A stretch of DNA of 64,000 bases, taken from assembly GCA_964556685.1 (NCBI GenBank), contig CAZKWX010000003.1, positions 78-64,077 on the forward strand, given 5' to 3'. This document shows positions 19,257-28,563 of the stretch, one piece after another (positions within the stretch are counted from its first letter, which is position 1; every line of letters starts with the position of its first letter). The position numbers and the translations under genes were made by a program. The notes below the pieces were generated by a model. That model saw nothing but the letters and a program-made list of their open reading frames with translations. It searched no databases and was not told the origin of the DNA. The stretch is from an uncultured Bdellovibrionales bacterium (GTDB taxonomy: Bacteria > Patescibacteriota > Minisyncoccia > Moranbacterales > DUUL01).

Positions 19257-19286
19257 GGTACCTTTTAAGGTATCTTAAAAGGTACC
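19257..19286. promoter_or_regulatory. Perfect 13-bp inverted repeat GGTACCTTTTAAG-GTAT-CTTAAAAGGTACC (putative operator of the AbrB-like gene)
   Basis: Perfect palindrome immediately upstream of the revised start 19245; a related GGTACCTC-AA-GAGGTAC palindrome lies at 18349-18368 upstream of the 18499 gene. Confidence 0.5.
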
Positions 19287-19386
19287 TTTTTATTACCTTC
19301 ATTCTATCATATCTACTTAAAAACTTGCATCATTAATTTAATAATATATCATATTACTCAAAAAGAAGCCTAATCTACTAATTGTT

Positions 19387-19929
19387 ATGGCATATCAAGT
19401 TGCCGAGTATTACAAACAGTATTTCCCATTCATTCAAGAGTGGGGAAGAAAAAAAGATATTAGTCACCATCTTCAGTATTTAGATTATCTTTACGATATA
19501 AAAAGGAGTAACAATCCTGATCGCACTTATTTATCGCTAACAAACAAGACGATCATTGTCGAATTCTTTGCTATATCCGAAGCTATAATTGATGCTCTTT
19601 TATGCGAAAAAATAGTTGATATTGGTGACGGAAAATTAGCACAGCTGTATGTGAAAGAATATACAAATGCTTCTACGTTATTAAAAATGGCTGAATATTA
19701 TGAAATAATAGACAAAAATATTTACGGTCAATTACTAAGCCTTTCAAAAACAAGAAACTTTATCCATATAAAAAGACCGAAAAGTGGCAAGCTAGAATGT
19801 AACCATTATACAGACGCTGTGCTTAAAAGGTATGAGAATTATTTTGAAAATTTTCTATCCTTTCTCTTCAATAAATACAAAGTTTATGAGACTTATGGAC
19901 TTGGTATTTTCGCTTGGCCATGGAAATAA
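19387..19929 (+). CDS. Hypothetical protein (divergent from the AbrB-like gene)
   Basis: 180 aa ORF, Tyr/Lys-rich, no assignable family. Confidence 0.45.
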   Translation: MAYQVAEYYKQYFPFIQEWGRKKDISHHLQYLDYLYDIKRSNNPDRTYLSLTNKTIIVEFFAISEAIIDALLCEKIVDIGDGKLAQLYVKEYTNASTLLKMAEYYEIIDKNIYGQLLSLSKTRNFIHIKRPKSGKLECNHYTDAVLKRYENYFENFLSFLFNKYKVYETYGLGIFAWPWK

Positions 19930-20131
19930 TCTTAATCCATAATTTTTTTTAGTAAGAGGATAAAACGAAAATCCCCCTTAGTCCCCCTTTTTCTAAGGGG
20001 GAAATATTAATTGCCACTTAGCTTTATTTTCGCTAAAATATCAACTTTCCAAATAAAAAAGCCGTTGGCCTGCGCTTAGAGCAAGTCTCCGGCTTTTTAA
20101 ATTTCGCTGATTTCTTTTCAAAATGAGGGAT

Positions 20132-20911
20132 TTACTCGAAATCTAGCCTGAATCTTGCCCAAAAATCATCAGTGAGATACAGACCTGACTTTTCTCCAAA
20201 ACTACCATGCTGGCCAATCAGTTGTTCGATACAGAAGAAAGCAGGATTGTCTGACCAGGCAACAATGTAGTGGTCCGTTTCGACAGATGACTGCATGGTC
20301 ATATAAATTCTGCAAACCCGTATCAGATCGATTATAACCGGGCATTCTGGATCATCCCAAGGAACTATTACAGCTTTTTTAAAAATGCCGCGATAGGGAT
20401 TTTTGAAAATCGGTAAACCAAGATTACACCATAAACCGTGTCGGTTATTGAAATATCAATGTTGTGCCAAAGTAAAGGGTGCATCCGAAGAGAACTTATC
20501 TAACCGAGAAAGATGCACTCGAACTTCAAAGGCTTTCTTAAGAAGTTGAAAGTCAATATTGCACTTAATCTCCCAAGGGTAGTCTGGAAAATTTTCTTCA
20601 TCATTTCCAATAATTGACTTACTTGTGATGAGATTCTTGTCGGCTCGCACCTGTTCAGAGTCGACGTCTCGAAGCCATCCATGCTGGGGAATTCCCGGAA
20701 AGTTGTCCGGTGTGCGACCAAAATTCGGGAAACATAGATGGGTTTTTCGCGGTTTAATAACTTCATCGTCACGAACGATTTCCTCAACCGGATTTCCATC
20801 CCTGTAAATGATATCTCGGCCAGGGAAAAGGATGTGAGCTCCATATCGCTGAAATCTTGTTATATTATTGCTTACAACATCAACGCTCATATCATGGCCT
20901 TGGATCAACAT
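20132..20911 (-). pseudogene. Aldose 1-epimerase / D-hexose-6-phosphate mutarotase-family gene interrupted by one in-frame TGA
   Basis: N-terminal 151 aa (..HLCFPNFG..PQHGWLRD..) ends TLAQH-TGA, then the same frame continues stop-free for 107 codons (YFNNRHG...HYIVAWSDNPAFFCIEQL..), restoring the mutarotase H-x-YFN and CIEP motifs. Confidence 0.65.
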
Positions 20912-20939
20912 AAGACACCTCTCCTTCGCCGAAAATTTG

Positions 20940-21371
20940 TTATAACACAGCCGTTGTTTTTCGTGGTCCGATAATAACTTTACACAGATACGAATCTGAC
21001 CAATTCATCGAAGCTCTATCAAAATATGCTCGCGCTTCATCCTTGTCATTAAACGGAACAAATTTTCTTTCTTCGCCATCACCAAATATAATTACAAAAT
21101 ATTTGGTTACGAGATCTGGTTCTTTTTTCTCTAGTTCCAATCCTCTTGCAATAGCATGAAAAGCATCGGCAATGGCTCTAGGCAGACCAGGAAATGCCGT
21201 AGCTGCACCACCCGAGGTGCAAATTCTGACACCTCTTCCAGCAACGCCCCGACCTTCTGGTACTGTAGCAACGTACCAATCGCCGTTACCTCCTATAGTA
21301 ATCACTAGTTCATTTCTCCTTTTCGAATCTTTATCATCAGTGAGAAACCTGACTTCCTTGATTTCACTCAT
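20940..21371 (-). CDS. Hypothetical protein
   Basis: 143 aa ORF in higher-GC islet. Confidence 0.45.
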   Translation of the reverse strand: MSEIKEVRFLTDDKDSKRRNELVITIGGNGDWYVATVPEGRGVAGRGVRICTSGGAATAFPGLPRAIADAFHAIARGLELEKKEPDLVTKYFVIIFGDGEERKFVPFNDKDEARAYFDRASMNWSDSYLCKVIIGPRKTTAVL

Positions 21372-21758
21372 TTTTTTCCTCCTTTTGTAAATAACTTTGA
21401 TTGTTTATTATCAAGGTTACATTAATAGCATTTATTTTCCGAAAATTCAAGCTGCAAAAAAATACCCATTAAAATGGCCATTTAAATGGGTATTTTTTCA
21501 TCCCATCTTAATCTTCCCCTTATTAATGGGAGGAACATCATCAACCACCCCCATCCTTCGCTAAAGCTTCAGAGGGCAGGCCTACGCCCCTCCCTGCCTA
21601 CTGGCAGGCAGGCTTTCTAAGGAGGGGAAAGATGCAAATCCCCCTGAAAAATGTGATCCATTTCGTTCATCTATGTTTTTCTTCTCCCTCTTTCAAAAGG
21701 GGAACAAGAACAACAGGTTGCGTTTGAATGGTTATGTCTTTATGATGAATTTGAAAAT

Positions 21759-22301
21759 ATGAAAAAGCGTTTAGATCAAAAATTTTATGCTCAAGACACT
21801 CAACAAGTGGCTCAAGGCCTTTTGGGTAAAATTTTAGTTCGGAAAATTGGCCATCAAACGATCGAAGGCACAATTATTGAAACTGAAGCCTACTTGGGAC
21901 AATACGACAAGGCCTGCCATACTTCGCGAGGGAAGACAGCTCGAAATGAAATTATGTTCGGTCCGGCAGGTTTTTGGTATGTCTATATGATTTATGGCAT
22001 GTACCATTGCCTCAATATCGTCACCGAAAAGGAAGATCAAGGATCTGCCGTTTTGATTCGAGCAGTTGAACCAGTTTCTAGACTAGCTTCTAACATCAAA
22101 ACTGATGGACCAGGAAAATTGTGTCGAGAATTTCAAATTGATAGGAAATTAAATGATTCAAGTGCGTTCGATAATGATTCAGAATTATATATAGTGGATA
22201 ACTTCATTAAACCTAAAATAAATAAAACAAAAAGAGTCGGCGTTGATTATGCGGGAAAATTTTGGAAAAATAGATTATTGAGGTATCATATAGAAAAGTA
22301 A
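21759..22301 (+). CDS. mpg: DNA-3-methyladenine glycosylase (Mpg/AAG family)
   Basis: 180 aa; LLGKILVRK..GTIIETEAYLG..DKACH..RGKTARNE.MFGP.G..YVYMIYGMYHCLNIV. Confidence 0.85.
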   Translation: MKKRLDQKFYAQDTQQVAQGLLGKILVRKIGHQTIEGTIIETEAYLGQYDKACHTSRGKTARNEIMFGPAGFWYVYMIYGMYHCLNIVTEKEDQGSAVLIRAVEPVSRLASNIKTDGPGKLCREFQIDRKLNDSSAFDNDSELYIVDNFIKPKINKTKRVGVDYAGKFWKNRLLRYHIEK

Positions 22302-22329
22302 ACTTATAATTAAGAATTAAACTAAAAAC

Positions 22330-22875
22330 ATGCTGGAAAAAATTGAGGGGAAAATGGGCACTCCTCCGGATCTTTCAGAGCTTTCAGACAAAGAATTGGA
22401 AAAGCGAGGAATTGATCCAGAACAATTCAGAGCCGGAGAAAAGAAACTGGAAGAAATGCAACGTTTATCAAGAACAAATTTAGAGGATGTTGATAGTCCA
22501 AAAAAGAAGATTGATTCTCAATTGAACAAGGCTAGAAGCAGGTTCTCAAAAATATTCGAGGGGTGGGGAAAAAGAGGCAAAACAATATCAGCAATAACAA
22601 TGGCCGCAGCTACTAGCTTCGCGGCAGCGTCTCCGGCTTTCGCAGATACTTGGGGCGACAGAAGGAGTGGGCAAAGAGGAGGTTCTAGCGGTTCTACTGG
22701 TTCTACTAAAGAACGGGCTGGTAATGTTCTAAATGAAATAGAAGCATGGTCAGATATAATCGATAGAACTTTAGAAATATACAATAAAGAAAAAAAACGC
22801 TTCCCTAAAAAGAAACCCGATAGCCCTCAGCCCAGGACTTCATCTGAAGAATCACCGTCTGATGAAGGACATTAA
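22330..22875 (+). CDS. Hypothetical protein
   Basis: 181 aa; Lys/Glu-rich; Gly/Ser-rich tract. Confidence 0.45.
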   Translation: MLEKIEGKMGTPPDLSELSDKELEKRGIDPEQFRAGEKKLEEMQRLSRTNLEDVDSPKKKIDSQLNKARSRFSKIFEGWGKRGKTISAITMAAATSFAAASPAFADTWGDRRSGQRGGSSGSTGSTKERAGNVLNEIEAWSDIIDRTLEIYNKEKKRFPKKKPDSPQPRTSSEESPSDEGH

Positions 22876-22891
22876 AAGTAATTAATAAAAA

Positions 22892-23152
22892 ATGAACAAT
22901 AAAGAAAAACTTAAGAAACATATCGAGAATTCAAATCTAGAGCTGGAAGAAAAAGCTCTTTGGTATCGTTATCTCGAAATTGGAAAAGATCCTGATATCG
23001 ATGCAATTCTAGGAGCTGTTGAAAAGAATCCCGAAGATCTGAAATTTTTAACCAAGAACTTCAAGAACAAAATAGAGGCTTTTGAATCTGGGAGCGAAGA
23101 GGATTGGAAAAGAATTGCCCAAAATGATATGAAATATGTTAGTGAGGAATAA
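22892..23152 (+). CDS. Hypothetical small protein
   Basis: 86 aa ORF followed by terminator. Confidence 0.4.
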   Translation: MNNKEKLKKHIENSNLELEEKALWYRYLEIGKDPDIDAILGAVEKNPEDLKFLTKNFKNKIEAFESGSEEDWKRIAQNDMKYVSEE

Positions 23153-23170
23153 GAATGAACTAAAAAACAA

Positions 23171-23195
23171 GAGCCGTCTGAGGACGGTTTTTGTT
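23171..23195 (+). terminator. Rho-independent terminator (CCGTC-TGAG-GACGG + T5)
   Basis: GC stem followed by TTTTTGTT after 22892..23152. Confidence 0.55.
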
Positions 23196-23244
23196 CCTTT
23201 ATTGATGTTAAATAAACAAAACGTAAAACATTTTTCTCTCTTCT

Positions 23245-23375
23245 TAGTGTAAGGGGAGATTAAGAGGGGTTAGTTTTGATTGCAGAAGAGACCGGCCAAT
23301 TCACTTAACTCCCCCTGAATTCATTACTAATGAATTCAGCCCCCTCTTACCCTAAGAGGGGGAACAAATAAGATC
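23245..23375. repeat. G-tract palindromic dispersed repeat (copy B)
   Basis: Homologous to 9150-9310; contains perfect palindromes GAATTCATTA-c-TAATGAATTC and CCCCCTCTTA-ccc-TAAGAGGGGG. Confidence 0.55.
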
Positions 23376-23430
23376 TACGGCTCATAGGTATCCAAATTAA
23401 TTTCATGAAACTAAGTGAATAGCTGTACAC

Positions 23431-24189
23431 ATGGATGATATCCACAATAACAAAAAGGATGTGAAAAAAATGAATCAGCCTAGCAAAAAGCCCGGAAACA
23501 AAAAAGCTTTCCTTTGGGTGGTGGTAGCAGTGGGAATTTTTATGCTGCTGCTTTTGCTTTCTGGAGGAGTGTCATTTTGGTTCTGGTTGGGACTGGCTTT
23601 GTGGATCGGATATATCCTATTCGTGAAAATCAAATATGTTGGAGGGGATTACGCTTTCAGCAAAGTTTTGGGAATGGGAATTGGCGTGTTCTTTCTGAGT
23701 TTTATTTTTTTAGCCTTTACACCTTCTGAGCAGAATGGCACACCTTCAAATAACGTGAATAGTTTTAGCAATGAAGAAGAGTCCGAAGATGATTTTCAAG
23801 AAATTGAACTAGCCATTGAGCCAACTAAAGTAGAAATTTTTCTGATGAAATTAAAAAATGACACGAATCTGCAATTTTCCGAAATTGAAGATGCTAGTTT
23901 GCTCTGGAAAGGCTCTAATGTGAATATGATATTGCAAGAAGTTGAGAGTTTTCAATTGAAAGACGCTGGTGAAGAAGACGTGAAAAAGATTAATACTTTT
24001 TTCACCGATTTGGGATGGGATCACGGAACTGTTGGCTTCACTTACACTCCTATTGAAGATGACAAGGAAACCGGTTATGCTTCAACCTCGATGGAACCTG
24101 CGTTCAAAGGAATCATGTGTGTGATTGATCAAAATGATCCAAAAGCTGTGGTGATTAAGTGCGGGCTTAGTCCAGAAGAAAATGAATGA
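23431..24189 (+). CDS. Hypothetical membrane protein (two N-terminal TM helices)
   Basis: 252 aa ORF; acidic C-terminal domain. Confidence 0.5.
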   Translation: MDDIHNNKKDVKKMNQPSKKPGNKKAFLWVVVAVGIFMLLLLLSGGVSFWFWLGLALWIGYILFVKIKYVGGDYAFSKVLGMGIGVFFLSFIFLAFTPSEQNGTPSNNVNSFSNEEESEDDFQEIELAIEPTKVEIFLMKLKNDTNLQFSEIEDASLLWKGSNVNMILQEVESFQLKDAGEEDVKKINTFFTDLGWDHGTVGFTYTPIEDDKETGYASTSMEPAFKGIMCVIDQNDPKAVVIKCGLSPEENE

Positions 24190-24278
24190 ACTATAAATTA
24201 TAGTGAAATATGTCATCTCGAGTTCCACTTTGGTGGAATTCAGTCAAATATCCCTTACATGATTGGAGGAACTAAAAA

Positions 24279-25094
24279 ATGAGTGCTGCACCAGCAAGAA
24301 ATATTATAAACGCCTTTGGTCCCGATAAAAATTCGGAGCTTTTTGAAGGAGGGCAAGGAGAAGCCTATCGAGCAGGTGACATTGTTCTCAAGTCAGTACT
24401 TGATAAAAAGGAAACTATTTGGTGCATAGAAATACTAAATAATTTTCAAAGCGAGAAAGTAAGAGTTACTAAACCTATTAAAGCGAAAAATGGCGACTGG
24501 ATCTTTAATGGTTGGATGGCTTATGAGTATTTGGAGGGAAAAAGTGTTCCTGATGATCTTGAGAATATCTACCAAGTATCAAAAGATTTTCATAAAGTTC
24601 TGAAAAATATTCCGCGTCCAGATTTTTTTGATGATAGAATGGATCCCTGGGCAATCGCCGATAGAATGGCTTGGAACGAATTACCTTTGCCGCTAGAGTT
24701 CGATCAAGCAAGAGAAGCTTTGGAAAGACTAGATCAAGCAAAGGAAAAAATAGACTTAGATAATCAGATAATCCATGGGGACATCGGCGGTAATGTTCTT
24801 TTCCACAAAACATTACCTCCAGCTGTCATTGATTTTAGCCCTTATTGGAGACCAACAAACTTTGCTTTTGCGATAGCAATTGTTGATGCTCTGACCTGGC
24901 AAGGAGCAAGAGAAAAAATAATTAAAATATTCAAGGATATTGAAGAATTGGACCAATTGATTATTAGGGCATTCATACGCCGAATATGTGAGACTATTAA
25001 TTTGTCTGAGTTGCAGAAAAGAGATTGCGCTGAAGATATGAAAAAGCATCTTCAAGCGGCAGATAAAATCTTGGGAAGATTACAAATTAAGTAG
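24279..25094 (+). CDS. Phosphotransferase-family (APH/choline-kinase-like) kinase
   Basis: 271 aa; Brenner motif HGDIGGNVLF and IDFSPYW (DFS/DxD-like Mg site). Confidence 0.6.
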   Translation: MSAAPARNIINAFGPDKNSELFEGGQGEAYRAGDIVLKSVLDKKETIWCIEILNNFQSEKVRVTKPIKAKNGDWIFNGWMAYEYLEGKSVPDDLENIYQVSKDFHKVLKNIPRPDFFDDRMDPWAIADRMAWNELPLPLEFDQAREALERLDQAKEKIDLDNQIIHGDIGGNVLFHKTLPPAVIDFSPYWRPTNFAFAIAIVDALTWQGAREKIIKIFKDIEELDQLIIRAFIRRICETINLSELQKRDCAEDMKKHLQAADKILGRLQIK

Positions 25095-25265
25095 GGTTTT
25101 GAAAAAAGCTAAGTTTCGTGCATCCTGCATGATTGGGAGGGCTAAGCAGTGATTTTTCCTCATGAGATTCCTCATGAGGAAATAAGGAAATGTAATTTGC
25201 TTTAAACGGCTTTTCTGATTATTATTTTGATAAATATAAAGCACGGTAACGTATAAGTATTTTTT

Positions 25266-25739
25266 ATGAAACATTCACTACGCACAGGAATTTGTTTCGG
25301 ATTGACTTCTGCTACCATTACCACTTTGGGATTGATGGTGGGACTTTATTCTGGAACTAGTTCTGAAGCAGTGGTGATCGGAGGAATTATCATCATTGCT
25401 ATTGCCGATGCTCTTTCTGATTCACTGGGGATTCACATTTCAGAGGAGTCAAAGAGCAACCACCGAAAAGATATCTGGGAGGCTACTATTTCTGCTTTTC
25501 TTTCTAAGCTTATTTTTGCCCTCACTTTTCTGCCTGCCCTTTTTCTGCTATCTCTAAAAGTTGCTATTCTGGTAAATGTTTTTTGGGGTTTGTTGGTCTT
25601 GGCAATTTTGAGCTACTTTATTGCCAAAGACCAAAAAGAGTCTGCTTGGAAAGTAATTGGGGAGCATCTTCTAATAGCCGTTATTGTGATTTTAGTTACT
25701 TACTCACTGGGCACATGGATTTCACAATATTTTTCATAA
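25266..25739 (+). CDS. Integral membrane protein, possibly VIT1/CCC1-family
   Basis: 157 aa; 4-5 TM; GLMVGLYSG..GGIIIIAIADALSDSLG resembles the VIT family core. Confidence 0.4.
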   Translation: MKHSLRTGICFGLTSATITTLGLMVGLYSGTSSEAVVIGGIIIIAIADALSDSLGIHISEESKSNHRKDIWEATISAFLSKLIFALTFLPALFLLSLKVAILVNVFWGLLVLAILSYFIAKDQKESAWKVIGEHLLIAVIVILVTYSLGTWISQYFS

Positions 25740-25815
25740 TTCTTTTTTCAAAAATCCGATCTTCTCAGATCGGATTTTTATATTTGAAACTTTCCAATAC
25801 CCATCTATCATTACT

Positions 25816-26205
25816 TTATTTCTTTTTCGCATCCTGCCAAAGACCAATCACATTTCCTTCTGGATCTTTGAAACGGGCATACCAACCCATGTCACTCACC
25901 TGCCAAGGAGCCATCACAGTTTCCCCTCCAGCTTTCTCCACTTCCTTGAGATGATCTTTCAAATGAGGAACATCAATGACAATCACCGGAGTATCATCGT
26001 CTTTCTCTTTTTTCATAATACCACCGTTGATTGCACCAGCTTCTTTGGGCATTTTATTTTCGTCAACTTCTACAGTGTGAACCATGGTATACTTTCCTTC
26101 CGCCATTTCCACATCCTCAGTTTTCCAACCAAAAACTTTTGAATAAAAGCCCTTAGCTCGTTCAACATTATCAGCGGGTATTTCAAAATGCACTACTTTG
26201 TTCAT
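25816..26205 (-). CDS. VOC family (glyoxalase/bleomycin-resistance fold) protein
   Basis: 129 aa; MNKVVHFEIPADNVERAKGFYSKVFGW...DPEGNVIGLWQ. Confidence 0.8.
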   Translation of the reverse strand: MNKVVHFEIPADNVERAKGFYSKVFGWKTEDVEMAEGKYTMVHTVEVDENKMPKEAGAINGGIMKKEKDDDTPVIVIDVPHLKDHLKEVEKAGGETVMAPWQVSDMGWYARFKDPEGNVIGLWQDAKKK

Positions 26206-26343
26206 TTTTTTGTGTTAATTATTAGAGAAAATAATTTTTCTTCTACTAATTAATACAAGAAATAAGGGCTAGTTATTTGGAAACAAAAACCTCCTAAGTG
26301 GAGGTTTAGCACATACACATCACGTACACAGAAAAATATTTGA

Positions 26344-26943
26344 TTAGAGCTTCCCCCTCAATATCTCTCCCTCTCTCTTCTTCTGCTCTTGGATCGCTCT
26401 CTTTTGCAATTTCATGATAACTGATCGAATAAAAACTGGGTTGGGCACCTGTTTGAAGACAAATCTTTCTTTAGTTCCAGCCGTTTGAATGTAGACGTTG
26501 CCATATTTAAATAATGTGGGAATAAATCCTTTAATTTTAGTGGTCACGTCTTGGACTTTGCTGTGACCGAGCTCGCTAACTTCTCGACGAAACAAACCAA
26601 ATTGTTCGATGTTAATCACTCTTTGATTGGTCACAATCCAAACGTCTAAGTAGTAGTCTACCCAAATAACAAAGGCTGTTAGCCAAAAAAACATCCACAA
26701 GAAAGTGATTGCCAGATAAAAGACGTTCATGGCGACGGGAACATCAGCTGCTTTGATCCAGCTGGGACCAAAAGCTTGGACTAAAATAATAAAAAGAAGA
26801 AAAAAGAAAACTGGGATATAATTAAAAACAAAAATCAACCAGTGGTGGCGAAGAAGAAGGACTATTTCCTCATCAGGTCTTTTACCCTTAAAGGTGTAGT
26901 CACGATATCGATGTTGATAATCAGCGTCAGGAACAAGATTCAT
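26344..26943 (-). CDS. Membrane protein with bacterial PH (bPH_2, YdbS/T-like) domain
   Basis: 199 aa; two TM helices then VWIVTNQRVINIEQFGLF..VYIQTAG. Confidence 0.6.
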   Translation of the reverse strand: MNLVPDADYQHRYRDYTFKGKRPDEEIVLLLRHHWLIFVFNYIPVFFFLLFIILVQAFGPSWIKAADVPVAMNVFYLAITFLWMFFWLTAFVIWVDYYLDVWIVTNQRVINIEQFGLFRREVSELGHSKVQDVTTKIKGFIPTLFKYGNVYIQTAGTKERFVFKQVPNPVFIRSVIMKLQKRAIQEQKKREGEILRGKL

Positions 26944-26962
26944 TGTACAATTGTTACGTTTC

Positions 26963-27178
26963 TTAAAAAATAATCTCTACGGCAGACCAATTGATCGTCA
27001 AAGCAATGATGGCATTAATTAAAAATAAAATTCCTGCACCAGTCAGGAAAGTTAATGTGACTAAAACAGAGAATTTTTGATTCATCCTATAAACTAGCAA
27101 GTGAAAAACCACGGCAAAAACACCGAACAAGAAGAAAAGGATTAAGATGAAATATAATATCAAAAATGGGTTAAACAT
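26963..27178 (-). CDS. Small hydrophobic protein (two TM)
   Basis: 71 aa ORF immediately upstream of the PH-domain gene, same strand. Confidence 0.35.
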   Translation of the reverse strand: MFNPFLILYFILILFFLFGVFAVVFHLLVYRMNQKFSVLVTLTFLTGAGILFLINAIIALTINWSAVEIIF

Positions 27179-27220
27179 GTCTCTGGTTACTAGTTTGCAG
27201 TTTGCAGATTCGGATTCTAC

Positions 27221-28276
27221 TTAAATTAGCTTGCTTTGCTCCTCCGGGTACTCGATATCCAAGTGTTTATAGGCTGACTTAGTGGCTTTCCGTCCTCGAG
27301 GAGTTCGTTCCAGAAATCCAATTTGCAAAAGATAAGGCTCATAGACTTCTTCGATGGTTTGAGGTTCTTCAGAGAAAGCCGCTGCCACGGTCTGCACACC
27401 TACCGGCCCACCATCAAATTTTTCAATCATCACTCGGAGCAACTCTCTGTCAGCTGGTTCCAGCCCTATTCCATCAACATCTAGCATATTGAAGGCTCTT
27501 TTAACCGTGCTTTCAGTTATCATATCATGATCATTAATCTGCGCATAGTCACGAACTCTTTTTAGCAAACGATTGGCTACCCGAGGAGTTTTGCGAGAGC
27601 AACGAGCAATCTCGTTGCACCCGGAACCATCCACTCCTACGTTGAGAATTTTTCCCGAGCGACGCACGATGTCACTGATTTCATCGTCGTCATAGAAATT
27701 CAGTTTATAGGTCACTCCAAATCTGTTGCGCAAGGGTGAAGAAAGCATGCCTAATCTAGTTGTCGCGCCTACCAAGGTGAAGCGAGGCAGATCAAGTTTG
27801 ATCGTTCGAGCTGAAGGTCCCTTACCTACAATGATATCCAATGATCCATCTTCCATCGCTGGATAGAGCACCTCTTCGACTAATTTACTCAATCGGTGGA
27901 TTTCATCAATAAATAAGACGTCCCCGTCATTAAGATTGGTCAGAATCGACCCCAAATCGCCCACTCTTTCTATGGCTGGACCAGAGGTGGTTTTGATTCC
28001 AGTGCCCATTTCTTTGGCAATGATGTGGGCTAGAGTCGTTTTTCCCAATCCTGGTGGACCAAAAAGCAGCACATGCTCAATGGGTTCTTTTCTCTTTTGG
28101 GCGGCACCCAAAAGAACACTTAAGTTTTTCTTAATTTTCTTTTGACCAACATACTCGGAAAAGTTTTGTGGCCGAAGAGTGATCTCCAACTGTTCTTCTT
28201 CGACTGTTCGATTTTTGTTCGAAGTAATCATTAAAATTTTTGAAATAATCCACGTCGTGTTTAGTAGTATATACAA
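27221..28276 (-). CDS. ruvB: Holliday junction branch migration DNA helicase RuvB
   Basis: 351 aa; [22 protein letters not shown] Walker A, sensor motifs, C-terminal winged helix. Confidence 0.95.
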   Translation of the reverse strand: MYILLNTTWIISKILMITSNKNRTVEEEQLEITLRPQNFSEYVGQKKIKKNLSVLLGAAQKRKEPIEHVLLFGPPGLGKTTLAHIIAKEMGTGIKTTSGPAIERVGDLGSILTNLNDGDVLFIDEIHRLSKLVEEVLYPAMEDGSLDIIVGKGPSARTIKLDLPRFTLVGATTRLGMLSSPLRNRFGVTYKLNFYDDDEISDIVRRSGKILNVGVDGSGCNEIARCSRKTPRVANRLLKRVRDYAQINDHDMITESTVKRAFNMLDVDGIGLEPADRELLRVMIEKFDGGPVGVQTVAAAFSEEPQTIEEVYEPYLLQIGFLERTPRGRKATKSAYKHLDIEYPEEQSKLI

Positions 28277-28334
28277 GATGCTTGGGCTTGCAAGAGGGTC
28301 TTGACAATGTTTTCCGTGTATGCTAATCTGTTAT

Positions 28335-28545
28335 GACACATTCAAAAGACATTTTTGCTAGTAACCTGTAGGCAAAGGGGTGCTCTGACTCCTTGGATCT
28401 CTTCTTATGTAAAAGACTTGCGTGGTTTCGACTGCGTTAGCTCTCGGATCTGATCCAGCCTTACGCTCTTTGCGTAAGATTTTTGTCTACAGATTACTAG
28501 CAAAATACAAATGGCTACCTCTCTGAGAGGTGGTTTTTTGTTTTA
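28335..28545 (+). ncRNA. Candidate small structured RNA of unknown class
   Basis: TTGACA at 28301 with weak -10; nested helices (CTGTAGGCAAA/TTTGTCTACAG, CTTACGC/GCGTAAG, GGATC/GATCC) and a terminator stem + T6GT4 at 28512-28545; no ORF. Confidence 0.25.
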
Positions 28546-28563
28546 AATAAGCCAGATTCAATG

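Noticed and set aside
20456-20458. Whole-genome UGA reassignment (genetic code 25, UGA=Gly, as in Gracilibacteria/SR1) as an explanation for the in-frame TGA in the epimerase gene
   Set aside because: TGA is the terminal stop of dnaX (11050-11052), nfo (60552-60554) and the DksA-like gene (49709-49711), and long genes such as ileS, ftsK and pilB are intact under the standard code; a local nonsense mutation or sequencing error is more likely
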